In this document: piece by piece, positions 11,907-25,030 of the stretch | Layout of the letters: every line of letters starts with the position of its first letter | How positions within the stretch are numbered: the stretch's first letter is position 1 | Source of the DNA: Chiloscyllium plagiosum | Lineage: Eukaryota | Length of the DNA stretch: 64,000 nt | Assembly: GCF_004010195.1 (NCBI RefSeq) | Contig: NC_057718.1 | Coordinates: 8,414,494 to 8,478,493 of the forward strand | Reading direction: 5' to 3' | Notes under the pieces: model-generated | The model's input: the letters and a program-made list of their open reading frames with translations, nothing else | Told to the model about the DNA's origin: nothing | Databases searched by the model: none | Program-made: the position numbers and the translations under genes

Positions 11907-13454
11907 ATTGTCACAGCATAAATATAATGGAGCAGATCCAGATACCAGTTCTGGCTGGTGGACTGGCCACAGAAAAAGCTGAACACTTTCTCTACAGCTG
12001 TAGCAGGAAGCTCCTGACCTAATATTTCTCTCTGCCTGGAAAGGGAGAGAGAGGACAGGTAGTGAGCAAGAGTTCTAAGCCCAGCCATATCCTCTCAGGA
12101 GAGAAAAAGAATCAAGAACAAAACATAGCCCAACAGAGGGATGGAAACAAAGGGTAGAGGACTATGTGGTCTCTCCCCTAATTCATTCTGTTCCAACAGT
12201 CAGCACAGGTCCACAGTGGAAGAGGGAGAGATGGCATTGAGCATTAGGGACTCTTACTGACTTGAGATCAAAATGAAGCAAAATGTTAATGAAATGGCTT
12301 GCACCCCAGAGTCTTTCAAGCTCCAGTAAAGTGATTATTCCCTTCATAATTTGAATATTTGCCTGCCCCTCGCCACCGGTAAAACTCACCACAAACCAAA
12401 AAAAAAATACAACAAACTCTCAGTAAACCTGTGCTCACATTCTTCTCACTGGGCATCATTCCCGAAAGGGGAGTTATTGGGAAGACCGAGAGTTCAGAAC
12501 ACTGCTTTACTACATGTTGTGTCACCGCCAGGCAGATTGACATTGGACATGAGAGAAAGAATGGTCTCAGGCCTTTCACTTCTCAACAAGAGCTTCTTGA
12601 ATACTTTGCAACTCATGAAATACTTGTATCAACCGTTCATTCATAACAGCTACGCCACCCTTAGCATTAACTTCAGTGCAAATGCAGACAGTTCAGTTCC
12701 ATCATATACTAACATAGCTAGGGTTCTTGTGGAACAGTGTGATAGTGCCCCTACTCCCTGAGTGAGGAAACTTGGGTTCAAGTCCCACCTGCTCCAGAGG
12801 TGTGAAATAACATCACTGAACAAATATACCTACAATCACAGTCAGGCTCTCTGCTTTCATGTGAAAGTATATGGTTGCAAGTCACAGCTGACCTAGAGAA
12901 TGTAATAGCAGGTCCAAAACGGCTGATTTAAAATGTAATAAAATACATTCACTGGCCTGAGTTATAGTCTGAATTTAAAACTCAGCTAAGAAAGATCATG
13001 TGCAATGAAAACCACAATCTGATAAATAACAGATCACAGCCTGCGTCTGGAGCACTCCCCAGGATCTTGGACAGAAATTCTTTGTTAATTCTTTGTTATC
13101 TTAGTACTATTGATATCAGTCCAGCTCCCACCCAAAACAGTTTTAGAATCAATCACCATGGACTGGGGTAACATCACTAGTGCAGGGAGTAAAATGCACA
13201 CACCAACCTGAGTCCAAGCGAGGAGCTGATGCCTTCCAATGTAACTCCCACACCCCTCCTCATTGCCCATTCTCAGAGCAACATGGATAAAGCACTTGAT
13301 CATCTGGCATTCACTATTGTCTCTCTCGCTCTCTCTCTGCCCAAAATGGAGATTGTTAAGTATCATATACAGACTGATCTGACACTGCTTCCATACGGAA
13401 CACAATCCCACCCCAACAACACCTACTTTACAAGTCAATAATTGTTCGTGTCAC

Positions 13455-13950
13455 AGAGTCATAGAGCATGGAAACACACTCTTTGGTCCAACCAGTCCAT
13501 GCCGAACATAACCCCAAACTAAACTAGTCCCATTGCCTGCATTTGGCCCATATTCCTCCAAACCTTTCTTCATGTACTAATCCAAATGTACCTGCATCCA
13601 TCAGTTCCTCTGGAAGTTTAATCCACACACAAACCACTCTCTGTGTAAAAAAATTGCCTCTCTTGTCTTTTTTAAATCTTTCTCCTCTCAACTTAAAAAT
13701 ACACCCCCTCTTGAAATCCACCCCGCCCCCACCCCTGTACGGGGGAAAAAAACCTGCCATTCATCTTATCTATACCCCACATAATTTCATAAATCTCTAT
13801 AAGGTCACCCATCAACCTCTATGCTCCAGTGAAAAATGTTCCAGCCTGTCCAACTTCTCCTTATTATTTTAAGCCCTTGATTCCTGGTAACGTTCCGGTA
13901 ACTCTTTTCTGAACCCTTTCCAGCTTCCTATAACAGGGCGACCAGAAATA
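13455..13950 (-). mobile_element. CR1 LINE 3' fragment
   Basis: RGNFFTQRVVCVW motif on the minus strand. Confidence 0.8.
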
Positions 13951-15736
13951 AACCTCCACATTCAACCTCAATGTGCCAAGTTGCAAGTGCCACTTCCTCC
14001 AGTACTGAATTGGGCTTGTCACCGGCGGGATCCTCAAGATGTTAGGGCACCCAACACCCCTAACAGTGCAAATCAAACAAACCAGAAACTGTCTGCTCTC
14101 AGTTCCATGTGCTTTCTCCTCTACAGCATTCAAAAAATCCCACCAATTGCCAATTCCAAAGAAGGTTTACTGGATCTGAACCATTAACTGTTTCTCTCTC
14201 CACAGATGCTGCCAGACCTGCTGAGTTTCTCCAGCGATTCCCCATTTCCATTTCAGGAGTTCTCAGTTTTCCGGTCTCCCAACCTTTGTCAGGAGATCTA
14301 TCTACACACAAAATCCAGAAGGATCAGAAGCAGCAACATCCAATGTTTACAGGAAGGTAGTGATGTAAGACCAAAGTCAACAACCTATGATCAGAGAAAG
14401 TCCAGAGTGGAGAGTTTAATCTGAGAGTCACCACAGCTCAGGCAAGAGATAAGGTTGAGAAGCTGGGACCTTCATGGTGACCTCAGCTGGTGCAAGAATT
14501 GAACCCCCACTGTTAGTATCATTAACAAGCCATCCAGCCAACTAAGCTAACCAACCAGTGGTCTAGTCACGGGCCACATGTTCCAGAAGCCCAGGCTAGA
14601 ATGCTTTCGGGATATGGGTTCAAACCCCACTCAGATAGCTGCTGGAATATAAGCGCAACACAATCTGGAATTAAAATATGGCCGCATTAATGATGTGCCT
14701 GAAATGCTTGCCCTAACAACCCACCTGCTTCACGAGGTTAGAAAAGGCAATCAAATCATCCCTGATCTGGTTAGACCAATACGTAACTCAAGGCACACAG
14801 CAATGTGGTTGTCTCTTGTTGTTCAGATACCACTTATCCTAGCTCAGAGATGCTAATGCACTACCCTCCTACAAGTGGACTGCAGCGGTTCAAAAAGGCA
14901 GCTCATCACCACCTTCTCAAAGGCAACTACAGTCGGCCAATAAATACTTGCCCAGCCAGCGACACCCACATCCTTCGAGCAATTAAAACAAAACCCTACC
15001 CACCTGATAGCTCTACAGAAATACTGACAATCCATAAGACATTGGAGCAAAGGTCGACCGTTCAGCCCACCATTCGACAAGATCATGGCTGATCTGATAA
15101 TCCTCAACTTCAGTTTTCTGCTGTTTCTCCATTGACTCCCCTACTGACTACAAAATGTATCTCACCCTTGAGTATAGTTAATGACCCACCAGTCATTTTA
15201 ATACGCTGCCCTCTCCAAGTCTGACATCCCACACTGTGCTAACTAGGATCAATATAAAATTAATGAGCAGAATCTCATCTTTCCAGACTCAATACTAAAT
15301 TGAATTTGTTTATTTCCTTTTTTCTTTGCTGGTTTGTTTCTCCTCCCCCCCCACTTGTTTTCCTCTCCTTTCAGACAGTAACTATTCACAACTTGCTATT
15401 TGCGGTCCTTGAGACGCATGTCCTTTTAACTTATCGCAGTCACATTCTCCTAGATCTTGCATCAAACGCTTTATCAGTTAGTCCTTTCCATTTGTTCTTC
15501 TTTTCAGCTTGGAATATTGCCTGCAATTCTGGTCGCCCTGCTACAGGAAAGATGTTGTGAAAGGATCTCGAGAAAAGATTCTCAAGGATGTTGCCAGCAT
15601 TGGAGCATTTGAGCTATAGGGAGAGGCTGAATAGGCTGGTGCTGTTTTCCCTGGAGGGTTGGAGGCTGAGGGGTGACCTTATAAAATCATCAGGGGCATG
15701 GACAGGTTGAATAGACAAGGTCTTTTTTCCCCCAGG

Positions 15737-16405
15737 TGTAATGACACGGGGTAAGCCCACCTACTTAATTTACAATCAGCCACACAGAAAAGATTTATCC
15801 CATGCAGTAGTCTATAAAAATTGAATGTCCAATATTTAACGTAAAAATTAACAATTTTATTTCTTAAAATACAACAGAGAATAATTAACTAACCATTATC
15901 TACAATTTCTTTCTCTAACCCATCTTTTAGCTTCCCTTCTATAATACGAGTCTGAAAAAACTCCCAATTAAAATTTACAAAACAACACTTCTAATCTCAA
16001 AACCAGGCAACTGTAGGTTCTGGTCTACAGATCTTCCTGTGTCTTCTTTTCTCCTTGTTAGGAATTTCTGCATTACAGGTTACTGATCGAAAGGGGACTT
16101 TTAAGAGAGATAGTGTTTCAAGCAGTCTCTTTCATGCTCGGACACGGCAGATCTCCTCTCAACTGTTCAACCCCCCCCCCCCCCCCCCCCCCCCCCGGTC
16201 TTATACTCCAGATTGTGTCATTGGCTTTCAAGACTGTTAATACACTCAATTTAAACTTGATTGGAGTTTGATATGTTTCGGGTATAATTTAATGTGATTG
16301 GCCAAATTCAAATTTGTTTTTGAACAATGCACTAATCAAGTAGTTTGACCTAGAGTTACATTGTTACCATTTTTGAGGATACTTGGTGATGGGTCCAGTT
16401 GTTCT
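15737..16405 (-). repeat. 3' LTR of the Gypsy element, inner end deleted
   Basis: Homologous to 18405-19070; joins directly to RT-derived sequence near 16410; contains an expanded poly-C run (16170-16196). Confidence 0.82.
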
Positions 16406-16797
16406 GCATTGTTCTGTCCACTGAAACTTTGTGTTCTTCTTCAGCAAATTGGTTAACAGTGCTACTACACTGCTGAAGTTTGGAACAAACTTCCAATAGA
16501 ATACGGAGAGTCCTAAGAATCGAAGCACCTCTTTCTTCGAGGTTGGTCATGGAAATTCCTCAATGGCCTTCGCCTTTGCATTCCATGGGGTCGGCGATGA
16601 CCAATGTTATGTCCCAAGAAAGTCACCTCTGCTTTTGTGAATTCAGTTTTATTTAAGTTTATCACCAATTTTGCTTCTCGCAGTTGTTCAAAGAGCCCTG
16701 CCAACTGTACCAAGTGATCTTTCCAGGATTTACTAAAGATCACTACATCATCAAAATAGACTGCATGGTTTGTTAACCCAGCCACAACTCTGTTCAT

Positions 16798-17117
16798 GAA
16801 TTTTTTTAGATTAGATTACTTACAGTGTGGAAACAGGCCCTTCGGCCCAACAAGTCCACACAGACCCGCCGAAGCGTAACCCACCCATTCCCCTACATTT
16901 ACCCCTTTACCTAACACTACGGGCAATTTAGCATGGCCAATTCACCTGACCTGCACATCTATGGACTGTGGGAAGAAACCGGAGCACCCGGAGGAAACCC
17001 ACGCAGACATGGGGAGAATGCGCAAACTCCACACAGTCAGTCGCCTGAGTTGGGAATTGAACCTGGGTCTCTGGCGCTGTGAGGCAGCAGTGCTAACCAC
17101 TGTGCCCCGTGCCGCCC
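16798..17117 (-). mobile_element. HE1-like SINE interrupting the Gypsy RT
   Basis: Splits the RT sequence TFHR|LMNRVV; full SINE head and tail present. Confidence 0.88.
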
Positions 17118-18382
17118 GTCTATGGAATGTGGTGGGTGCGTTCTTCATTCCAAAGGGCATCACTTTAAACTGATATAGTCCATTTGAGGTCACAAACACA
17201 GACATTTCTTTCACCGTCTCTGATAAATATACTTGCCAGTAACCCTGAATTAAGTCCAATTTGCTGATGTAACTGGCTTGTCCAACTTTCTCGATACAGT
17301 ACTCTAATCTAGGAATTGGATATGAGTCGGATTTTGCAATGGTGTTGACCTTCCGATAATCCACTCAGAATCGTTGAGTCCTGTCCGGTTTGAGAACTAA
17401 GACAGTTGGCAAACTCCACTCACTCTGGCTTGGTTTGATGATGTCCTCATCAAGCATGGCCTCCACCTCCATCTGGACCTCTCTGGCTTTGCGAGGATTA
17501 AGTCAATAGGGGTGTTATTTTATCGGAACAGTATTCCCTACGTCTACTTTATGTACAATAGCATTAGTCCTCCCCATATGATCCTTACATATGTCCTTGT
17601 ACTGCAGTCACAAATATTTCAACTCTGTTCTCTGCTCCTGAGACAGATAGCTTACTAATCTATCCTCAAGCACTTTTTTATTTTTTAATCTATTTTTGAG
17701 GCACTTCAAAATCCATACCATCTGGATTTGATTCCTCATTCTGCGGGCAGTAACTAACACCTGTTTCTCCAGTTCTTTCTCTCTGGTATAATACAGTTTC
17801 AACATGTTCACATAATATACCTGATACCTTTTTTTTCCCTATCTGGCACCTTTCCTAAATAGTTCACCTGATTCAACATTTTCTCTCTCTCTTTGCTCAG
17901 GCAAGAACTTTCTCTCTCCCTCCTTTTCTTCTCACTCTATCTTTCTCTTTCTCTCTCCCTTTGTTTACCTTCTAACTCCATTTTCCTCAAGTGTAATCTA
18001 AGCTTTTCTACCTCTACTGTACTTGTCTGTGTCTCTGACAGACCTAAGTGTTTGAGTAACTCCCTTACCATTTCAACTTTACTTTTGTCCTTGGTTAAAC
18101 CCAAATCTAACTTCTTTGCGAATTCTAAAAGTATGGCCTTTTTCTTTCCTTCTAAACTTGCTTGGCAAATTTGAGAATCATCTTCAAATCCCAGAACCTC
18201 TTTAGCAATCTTAAGAGTCATTTCTCTCACTTTTCATTTAGTCAGCCACAAGTCACTGCAATTAAACAAATTGTCTCACCTACATTTTATTTAAAGATCT
18301 AGGACACTAACCTGCAAGTGTTTAAATCTGTTGTGATTTTTCATACCCCCAAATCTATTCAAATCTGTCAAAACCAGTTCAG

Positions 18383-18402
18383 ATCACAGACCCGAGCCCA
18401 CA
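18383..18402 (-). promoter_or_regulatory. Degenerate tRNA-Pro primer binding site
   Basis: Minus strand TGTGGGCTCGGGTCTGTGAT immediately after the 5' LTR, similar to the tRNA-Pro PBS TGGGGGCTCGTCCGGGAT. Confidence 0.55.
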
Positions 18403-18404
18403 AA

Positions 18405-19116
18405 TGATTACAGCATGGGTTAAACCCTCCTGCTTAATTTACAATCAGTCACACAGAAAAGATTTATACTGTGCAGTAATCTGTAAAGATCGAGTGGCCA
18501 AGAACTATTTAAAGTAAAAATTAACAATTTTATTTCTTAAAGTATAACAGAGAATAATTAACTAACCACTATTTACAATTTCTTTCTCTAACCTATCTTT
18601 TAGCTTCCCTTCTATAGTACTATTCCGATAAAACTCCCAATTAAAATTTACAAAACAACACTTCTTATCTCAAAACCAGGCAGCTGTATGTTCTGGTCTA
18701 CAGATCTTCCTGTGTCTTCTTTTCTCCTTGTTAGGAATTTATGCGTTACAGGTTACTGATCGAAAAGGGACTTTTAAGAGGGATTTTTTTCAAGCAGTCT
18801 CTTTCATGTTCGGGTGTGGCAGATCTCCTCTCAATGTTCAATTTTCCCCCGGTCTTATACTCCAGAGATCGGATTGTGTCATTGGCCTTTAAGATTGTCA
18901 ATATCCTCAATTCAAACTTAATTGGAGTTTGTTATGTTTCAGGTATAATTTAAATGGATGGGCCAAATTCAAACTTGCTTTAGTCTGCAAGCAACAAGCT
19001 AATTGAGTGGTTTGACCCAGTATTACTTTGCTACCATTTTTGAGTGCACTTGATGCTGGGTCTGGTAGTTCTACTGCTTTTAACTCTCTTAAAGGTAAAC
19101 CCACATCTTCATAACA
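18405..19116 (-). repeat. 5' LTR of the Gypsy element (~710 bp)
   Basis: Long direct repeat of 15737-~16405; followed on the minus strand by a PBS-like sequence and gag. Confidence 0.85.
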
Positions 19117-20886
19117 TAGGGTTAGGGAGTCCAAAATGAGAGGGCATATGCTTATGGTGAGAGGGGAAGGATTTAAAAGGGACATAAGGGCAACGTTTTC
19201 ACACAGAGGGTGGTGTGTGTGTGGAATGGGCTGTCAGAGGAAGTAGTGGGGTCTTGTACAATTACAACATTTAAAAGGCATCTGGATGGTTATATGACTA
19301 GGAAGGATTTAGAGGGATATAGACAATCGACAATAGGTGCAGGTGCAGGAGTAGGCCATTCAGCCCTTCGAGCCTGCACCGCCAAATAATATAGGCCAAA
19401 TAATGGTAATTAGGACTAGATCAGTTTAGGATATCTGGTTGGCATGGACAAGTTGGGTTGAAGGGTTTGTTTCCATGCTGTAAATCTCTATGACTCTATG
19501 ATTTCCCTCTTTTCACTGCTCCAGGATCTCATACATTTCCAAATTTTCCCCATTCAGATGAAAGGTCATAGATCTGAAGCATTAACACTGTTCATCTCAC
19601 CATCGCTGCTCATCACATAGCTGAGTATTTTGAGCACTTTTTCAGTTTATTTCATTTTTTTTTAAGATTCCTCTTTCATGGGATGTACATCTAAGGAAGG
19701 CCAGCATTTGTTCTTCATTTCCATCATCCGTTTATTTTGGTATTCAGTTGAAATGTTGGTTTTCTGGGAAAACGGTCAGTTTCTGGTATCATCACTAGGT
19801 GGCTCTGTCTTGATTTACACAAACAGCACTTGGAAAGAGCAGGAGTCGATTAAGTAGCAGAGAAATAATAGCATTTACAGTGACTGAATGCCATCTCAGA
19901 TAATTGAAGGACTTTGCACTTCTCTCACATCTCTTAACGGATCCCTGAACACAACTCGGACTTGCAATAAAATAATGCATCCTTCAGGAGAAAAACTGTC
20001 TTCACACTTTCTCAACTAAAGATCTTCGCTCAGTATGAGTTTGACAAATTGTGCAAAATCCTGAAAAGCAAATTGTACAAATTTGCAAATTTCAGCACCA
20101 AATCCAGGCTGATATCCCAGTGTCATCCCAGGGAGATGTTGGAGGAGTTGTCTTTTGGATGCAGTGCAAATCAAACATTGGAACATCTGGAAGCTCAGTC
20201 CTATGTAGGTATAAATCCAGGCCTCTTCTGTCCTGTCAGGTGAAAGTAAAGATCTTCTGATGCTATTTCAAAGGGAGCAGGAGAGCTCTCTGCAAAGAAG
20301 GGGTTTTACTGAATACATAAATGAGCCACCAAAGTAAATTGTGATGTAATGATGGCCTCGATAGTTATACACGTCTCTGCTCGGAGGTTGGAAACTGTAC
20401 AACTCAGTGCATGCTGTTCTGCAGCTTTACCATCATGTACAGTTAACAAACATTATCTGAAAACAACTCAGGTGTCTGACCAGAGCTTGTATGAAAATCC
20501 AAAGACCCTGTGCTAGAGCACTTTCCCCATGTTTCCTGTGTAACATTTGTCTCACAACCAGGTTTTCCAGTCAAAATCAGATGGCTGATTGGGAAAGTTT
20601 GTTAAGTGTCCCATGTCTCCTGCATTTCAATTTCAGTAGCTATATGCTAGGACTCTGCTAGAAGGTTTGAATCTCTACAGTTCAATCCTGTTAGTCATCT
20701 CTCCCTCCATCCAGGCATATCTGCATAATTAATAACTTTAAATTATCAAATTATATTGTACATAAGCTTAATGATGAAAGGCTTTAATTTATATGTATTT
20801 TATTATATATATGTATAAAATCTGTGAGTCTTGAGCAATTTGTTAAGAAAATCTTAAAGTTGGCATCTTTTTAAGTGCTAAATTGT

Positions 20887-21177
20887 GGGCGGCACGGTGG
20901 CACACTGCTTAGCACTGCTGCCTCACAGGTTCAATTCCCGCCTCAGGCGACTCTCTGTGTGGAGTTTGCATGTTCTCCCCGTGTCTGCGTGGGTTTCCTC
21001 TGTGTGCTCCAGATTCCTCCCGCAGTCCAAAAAACTGTGCAGGTTAGGTGAATTGGCTAAGTTAAATTGCCCGTAGTGTTAGGTGAAGGGATAAATGTAG
21101 GGAAATGGGTCTGGGTGGGTTGCGCTTCGGCGGGTCGGTGTGGACTTGTTGGGCCGCTGTAAGTAATCTGATCTAAA
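20887..21177 (+). mobile_element. HE1-like SINE
   Basis: GGGCGGCACGGTGGCAC.. core ..AATCTGATCTAA. Confidence 0.85.
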
Positions 21178-21592
21178 TACTGTGATGTAGCTTTAATATA
21201 GAACACGTGGAGGTGGAACAAGGACACACATAAGCATCAGCAGGTCAAGCTCATCAGTCTTCCATTAGCTGGAAGAATTGCCTGTGCAATTTGATTAAGG
21301 GTACAAATTAAAGTTAGATTATTGTGGGGAAGCTAGGAGCACTTTTCAGGCTTGTCAAATGTTGCAACTATTGGGTTAGGAACTGCTAATTGTGTTGATT
21401 CATGGGCTTGGATTAAGCGTAGCAAAGTTATCGGCAAACAAAGTGCACCACTAGAGACTTTGCACTGGCCAAGGGCTGCCATTCATTACAGGACAATTGT
21501 TAAGGGCCATTTGTTGGAGGGGGGAGAGAAAGAGAGCAAGAGAGTTAGGAATTAGTAAAAGAACAGTGGCTAGGATACTAGCATTTGTGTAG

Positions 21593-21667
21593 GACAGTAC
21601 CCATTAATGTATATAATGACAGTACCCATTAATGTATATAATGACAGTACCCATTAATGTATATAAT
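21593..21667 (+). repeat. Perfect 3 x 25 bp tandem repeat
   Basis: GACAGTACCCATTAATGTATATAAT x3. Confidence 0.95.
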
Positions 21668-21834
21668 CGCAGGGTTAAGGAATTGCCAAAAAATCAAGGA
21701 ATTGGTTTCATTTATGAATAAAGTAATTGCTACACATTGAGGAGTTGTCATAAGAACCCAATATTATGCTTAGCTGGGATCTAACGTAACTTTTACTGAA
21801 CTGCAGAATGCCATAAAAATCCAGTGTTATGGAT

Positions 21835-23145
21835 TGCTAGGGCTAAAGTCCCTGGGACCTGATGGTCTGCATCCCAGGGTACCGAAGGAGGAGGCTGTAG
21901 AAATCGTGGATGCACTGGTGATCATTTTCCAATGTTCTATAGATTCAGGATCAGTTCCTGCAGATTGGAGGGTGACTAATGTTGTCCCACTTTTTAAGAA
22001 AGGAAGGAGAGAGAAAATAGAGAATTATAGGCCAGTTAGTCTCACCTCGGGGTGGGAAATGTGCTGGAGCCAAGTATAAAAGACGAAATTACGACAAATC
22101 GGGATAGCATAACAGGATAGGTCAGAGACAGCATGGAGTTATGAAGGGGAAATCATGCTTGACTAATCTTCTGGAATTTTTTGAGGATGTAACTCTGAAG
22201 ATGGACAAGGGAGATCCAGTGAATGTAGTATACCTGGACTTTCAGAAAGCCTTTGATAAAGTCCCACATAGGAGGTTAGTGAGCAAAATTAGGGCGCATG
22301 GTATTAGGGGCAAAATACTGACATGGATTGAAAATTGGTTGGCTGACAGGCAACAAAGAATAGTGATAAATGGCTTCCCTTTTGGAATGGCAGGCAGTGA
22401 CAAGTGGTGTGCCACAGGGATCAATGCTGGGACCGCAGCTTTTTACAATGTACATTAATGATATAGCTGAAGGTATTAAAAGTAATACTAGCAAATTTGC
22501 TGATGACACAAAGCTGGGTGGCAGGGTGAAATGTGAGGAGGGTGTTAGGAGAATACAGGGTGACCTGGACAGGCTAGGTGAGTGGACGGATGCATGGCAG
22601 ATGCAGTTTAATGTGGATAAATGTGTGGCTATCCACTTTGGTGGCAAGAACAGGAAGGCAGATTACTACCTAAATGGAGTCAAGTTAGGTAAAGGGGCAG
22701 TACAACAAAATCTAAGTGCTCTTGTACATTAGTCAATGAAAGCAAGCATGCAGGTACAACAGGCAGTGAAGAATGCTAATAGCATGCTGGCCTTCATAAC
22801 AAGAGGAATTGAGTATAGAAGCAGAGGTCCTTCTGCAGCTGTACAGGGCCCTGAAATAAGGGGTAGGCCACTTAGAACAGAGCTGAGGAGAAACTTCTTC
22901 ACCCAGAGAGTGGTGGGTGTATGGAATGCTCTGTCCCAGAAGGCTGTGGAGGCCAAGTCTCTGGATACTTTCAAGAAAGAGATAGATAGAGCTCTTAGAG
23001 ATAATGGAATCAAGGGTTATGGGGAAAAGGCAGGAACAGGATACTGATTGTGGATGATCAGCCATGATCATAATGAATGGTGGTGCTGACTCGAAGGGCA
23101 GAATGACCTACTCCTGTACCTATTGTCTATTGTTTATTGTCTACT
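21835..23145 (+). mobile_element. CR1 LINE, RT region to 3' end, degraded
   Basis: GPDGLHPRV, NYRPVSLTS, YLDFQKAFDKVPH, GVPQGS, KFADDTKL; (TATTGTC)n tail. Confidence 0.93.
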
Positions 23146-24159
23146 GACTTATGAGGTACTGGGAAAAACATGTAATATCAGCATCTGAGATCTGTGCAGC
23201 TTCAGCACTTCATTTAGACTGGGGAGCTGTGAGTTAATTAAAAAACAGATCTGCAAGAGTTCAAATCTTAAAGTTGCAAACAGATCTGAATGCACATTAG
23301 AGTTGAGTTGACTGAGCCAAAATCTCAAGGGATGTTGTGCATCAAGAGACCAGGTCTCAAGCACCAACAAGAGAAGGCTCCCAGATTTCCCAGCATCTAA
23401 GGGAAAGTTGGATTGATCCATGTTTAGATCAGCCATGGTCATGTTAAATAGCAGAGCAGGTTCGAAGGGCTGAATTGACTGCTCCCATTCCTAATCCCTA
23501 TGTTCCTATGTTCAACTTGTCTATCCTGACAAGCCTTAATGAATGAAGCATTAATATTAAACCTCATTGTCCAATAAATCAGGTTAGTTTGCATTTTAAA
23601 TTAGTGACTGTCATTTTTACAATTAGGGTTACTTCTCAACAAGACTTTCCCTACTCCTGGATTTAGTGTAGAGTCCAAATCAATTAATTACAGTTCAAAA
23701 GTACTGCATTGACTCCAAGGCACTTCAGGGATTTTGCTAAGTTTGTGAAAGGTGCTACATAAATGGGAATCTTTCTTCCTTATTTTAGCCTTATGTTATC
23801 TGTAAGCAAACCAGACCTTCTACTGCTCCATTAGCTCAGCAGAAACATTTCTGACTCTGGCCTCAAGAATTGGCTTTCCCACTTATCCAGATGTATGGTG
23901 GATCAACTACAGTGGGGACGGGAAGAGGAAATTTACCCCAAAACCTATGGTGATATCTCAGTACGTACTGAGAATATTGCATTGCTGTAGCTGTGACCAT
24001 TCAGAGCAGATGTGTCATTAACTGAGTGTGTACTTGATTTTCAGTCAAATTCCTACACCAGCTGAGGTTACCATAAAGGACGTTTCTTCTCAACATCTCC
24101 CCTTGCCTGAGCTCTGGTGACCCTCAGGCCAAATCACCTCAGTTGATTATCTGTGATGA

Positions 24160-25030
24160 TGTCAGAAGTCACACGACACCAGGTTATAGTCCAAAAGGTT
24201 TATTTGAGATCACAAGCTTTCGGAGCATTGCCCCTTCATCGGGTGAAGTGAGAAAGAAGCATACAGGCACAGAGTTTATTGGCAGAGAGATCCAAAGATC
24301 ATGTAAATGGTGTGAAAGGAGTGTCTATAGACTGAATAATAAGTCTCTGCAGGTGATCGAGAGTGTCAGACAGTGTGAGTAAAGTGTCAACAGCTGAGTA
24401 ACAAGTGAAGGAATGACCTATAATCCGATTAAATGAGGCAGTGTGATAATTAGGAAAACTTAAAAATAAGGTGCTGCTGGAGACAAACCAAATGGCTGGA
24501 ATAACGTGATAGGTATAAGCGTTGCATCCGAGAGTCTAACTAAAATAACAAGTAATCCAAAACTGTAAAAATGAATTAAAATTGAGAGGTGATGGTGTCA
24601 AACCAGGACAGTAAGGAAGATTTTACAGATACAGAACAGTGTGGTGGGGTCACATGTAGTGCGACATGAACCCAAGATCACGGTTGAGGCCATCTTCATG
24701 GGTATGGAACTTGGCTGTCAATTTCTGCTTAGCAATTCTGCATTGGAGGATACTGACTTGAAGATCAGAGGCTGAATGTCCTTGTTTGCTAAAGTGTACC
24801 TGACTGGAAGTGAACATCCCTGTCTGGGCGATTATTGTGCCACGTCCTTTCATCTGTTGTAATAGTATCTGCATGGTCTTGCCAATGTACCTTGGCTTGG
24901 GGCATCCTTGCCTGAAACATATGAGGTAGACAACATTGGCTGAGTCACATGAATACCTGTCATGTACGTGTGATGGTAGCATCCATGTCGATGATCTGGC
25001 AAGTCTTGCACAGGTTGCTGTGACAGGGTA
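24160..25030 (-). mobile_element. Penelope-like element fragment (GIY-YIG endonuclease plus terminal repeat, family C)
   Basis: ORF 24650-24982 (NVVYLIC..C..RYIGKT..HF...HSASDLQVSIL..GLNRD) is GIY-YIG-like; the terminus carries a hammerhead-like motif. Confidence 0.82.
24209..24247 (-). ncRNA. Degenerate hammerhead motif (family C)
   Basis: tcac-CCGATGA-a-ggggc-aat-gctcc-GAAAG-CTT-gtga; stem I tcac/gtga; one core substitution. Confidence 0.5.

Larger units (their letters stand above)
15737..19116 (-). mobile_element. Internally deleted Gmr1-like Ty3/Gypsy LTR retrotransposon inserted into a CR1 fragment
   Basis: Termini TGTAAT..ATAACA, 4-bp flanks CAGG/TAGG, two homologous LTRs. On the minus strand: gag N-terminus (17937-18230), integrase C-terminus (VNY..PDR..VNMLKLYY, ~17790-17880), then RT (DYRKVN..SYPIPR..KLDL..GYWQV; YFDD). 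Confidence 0.88.
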
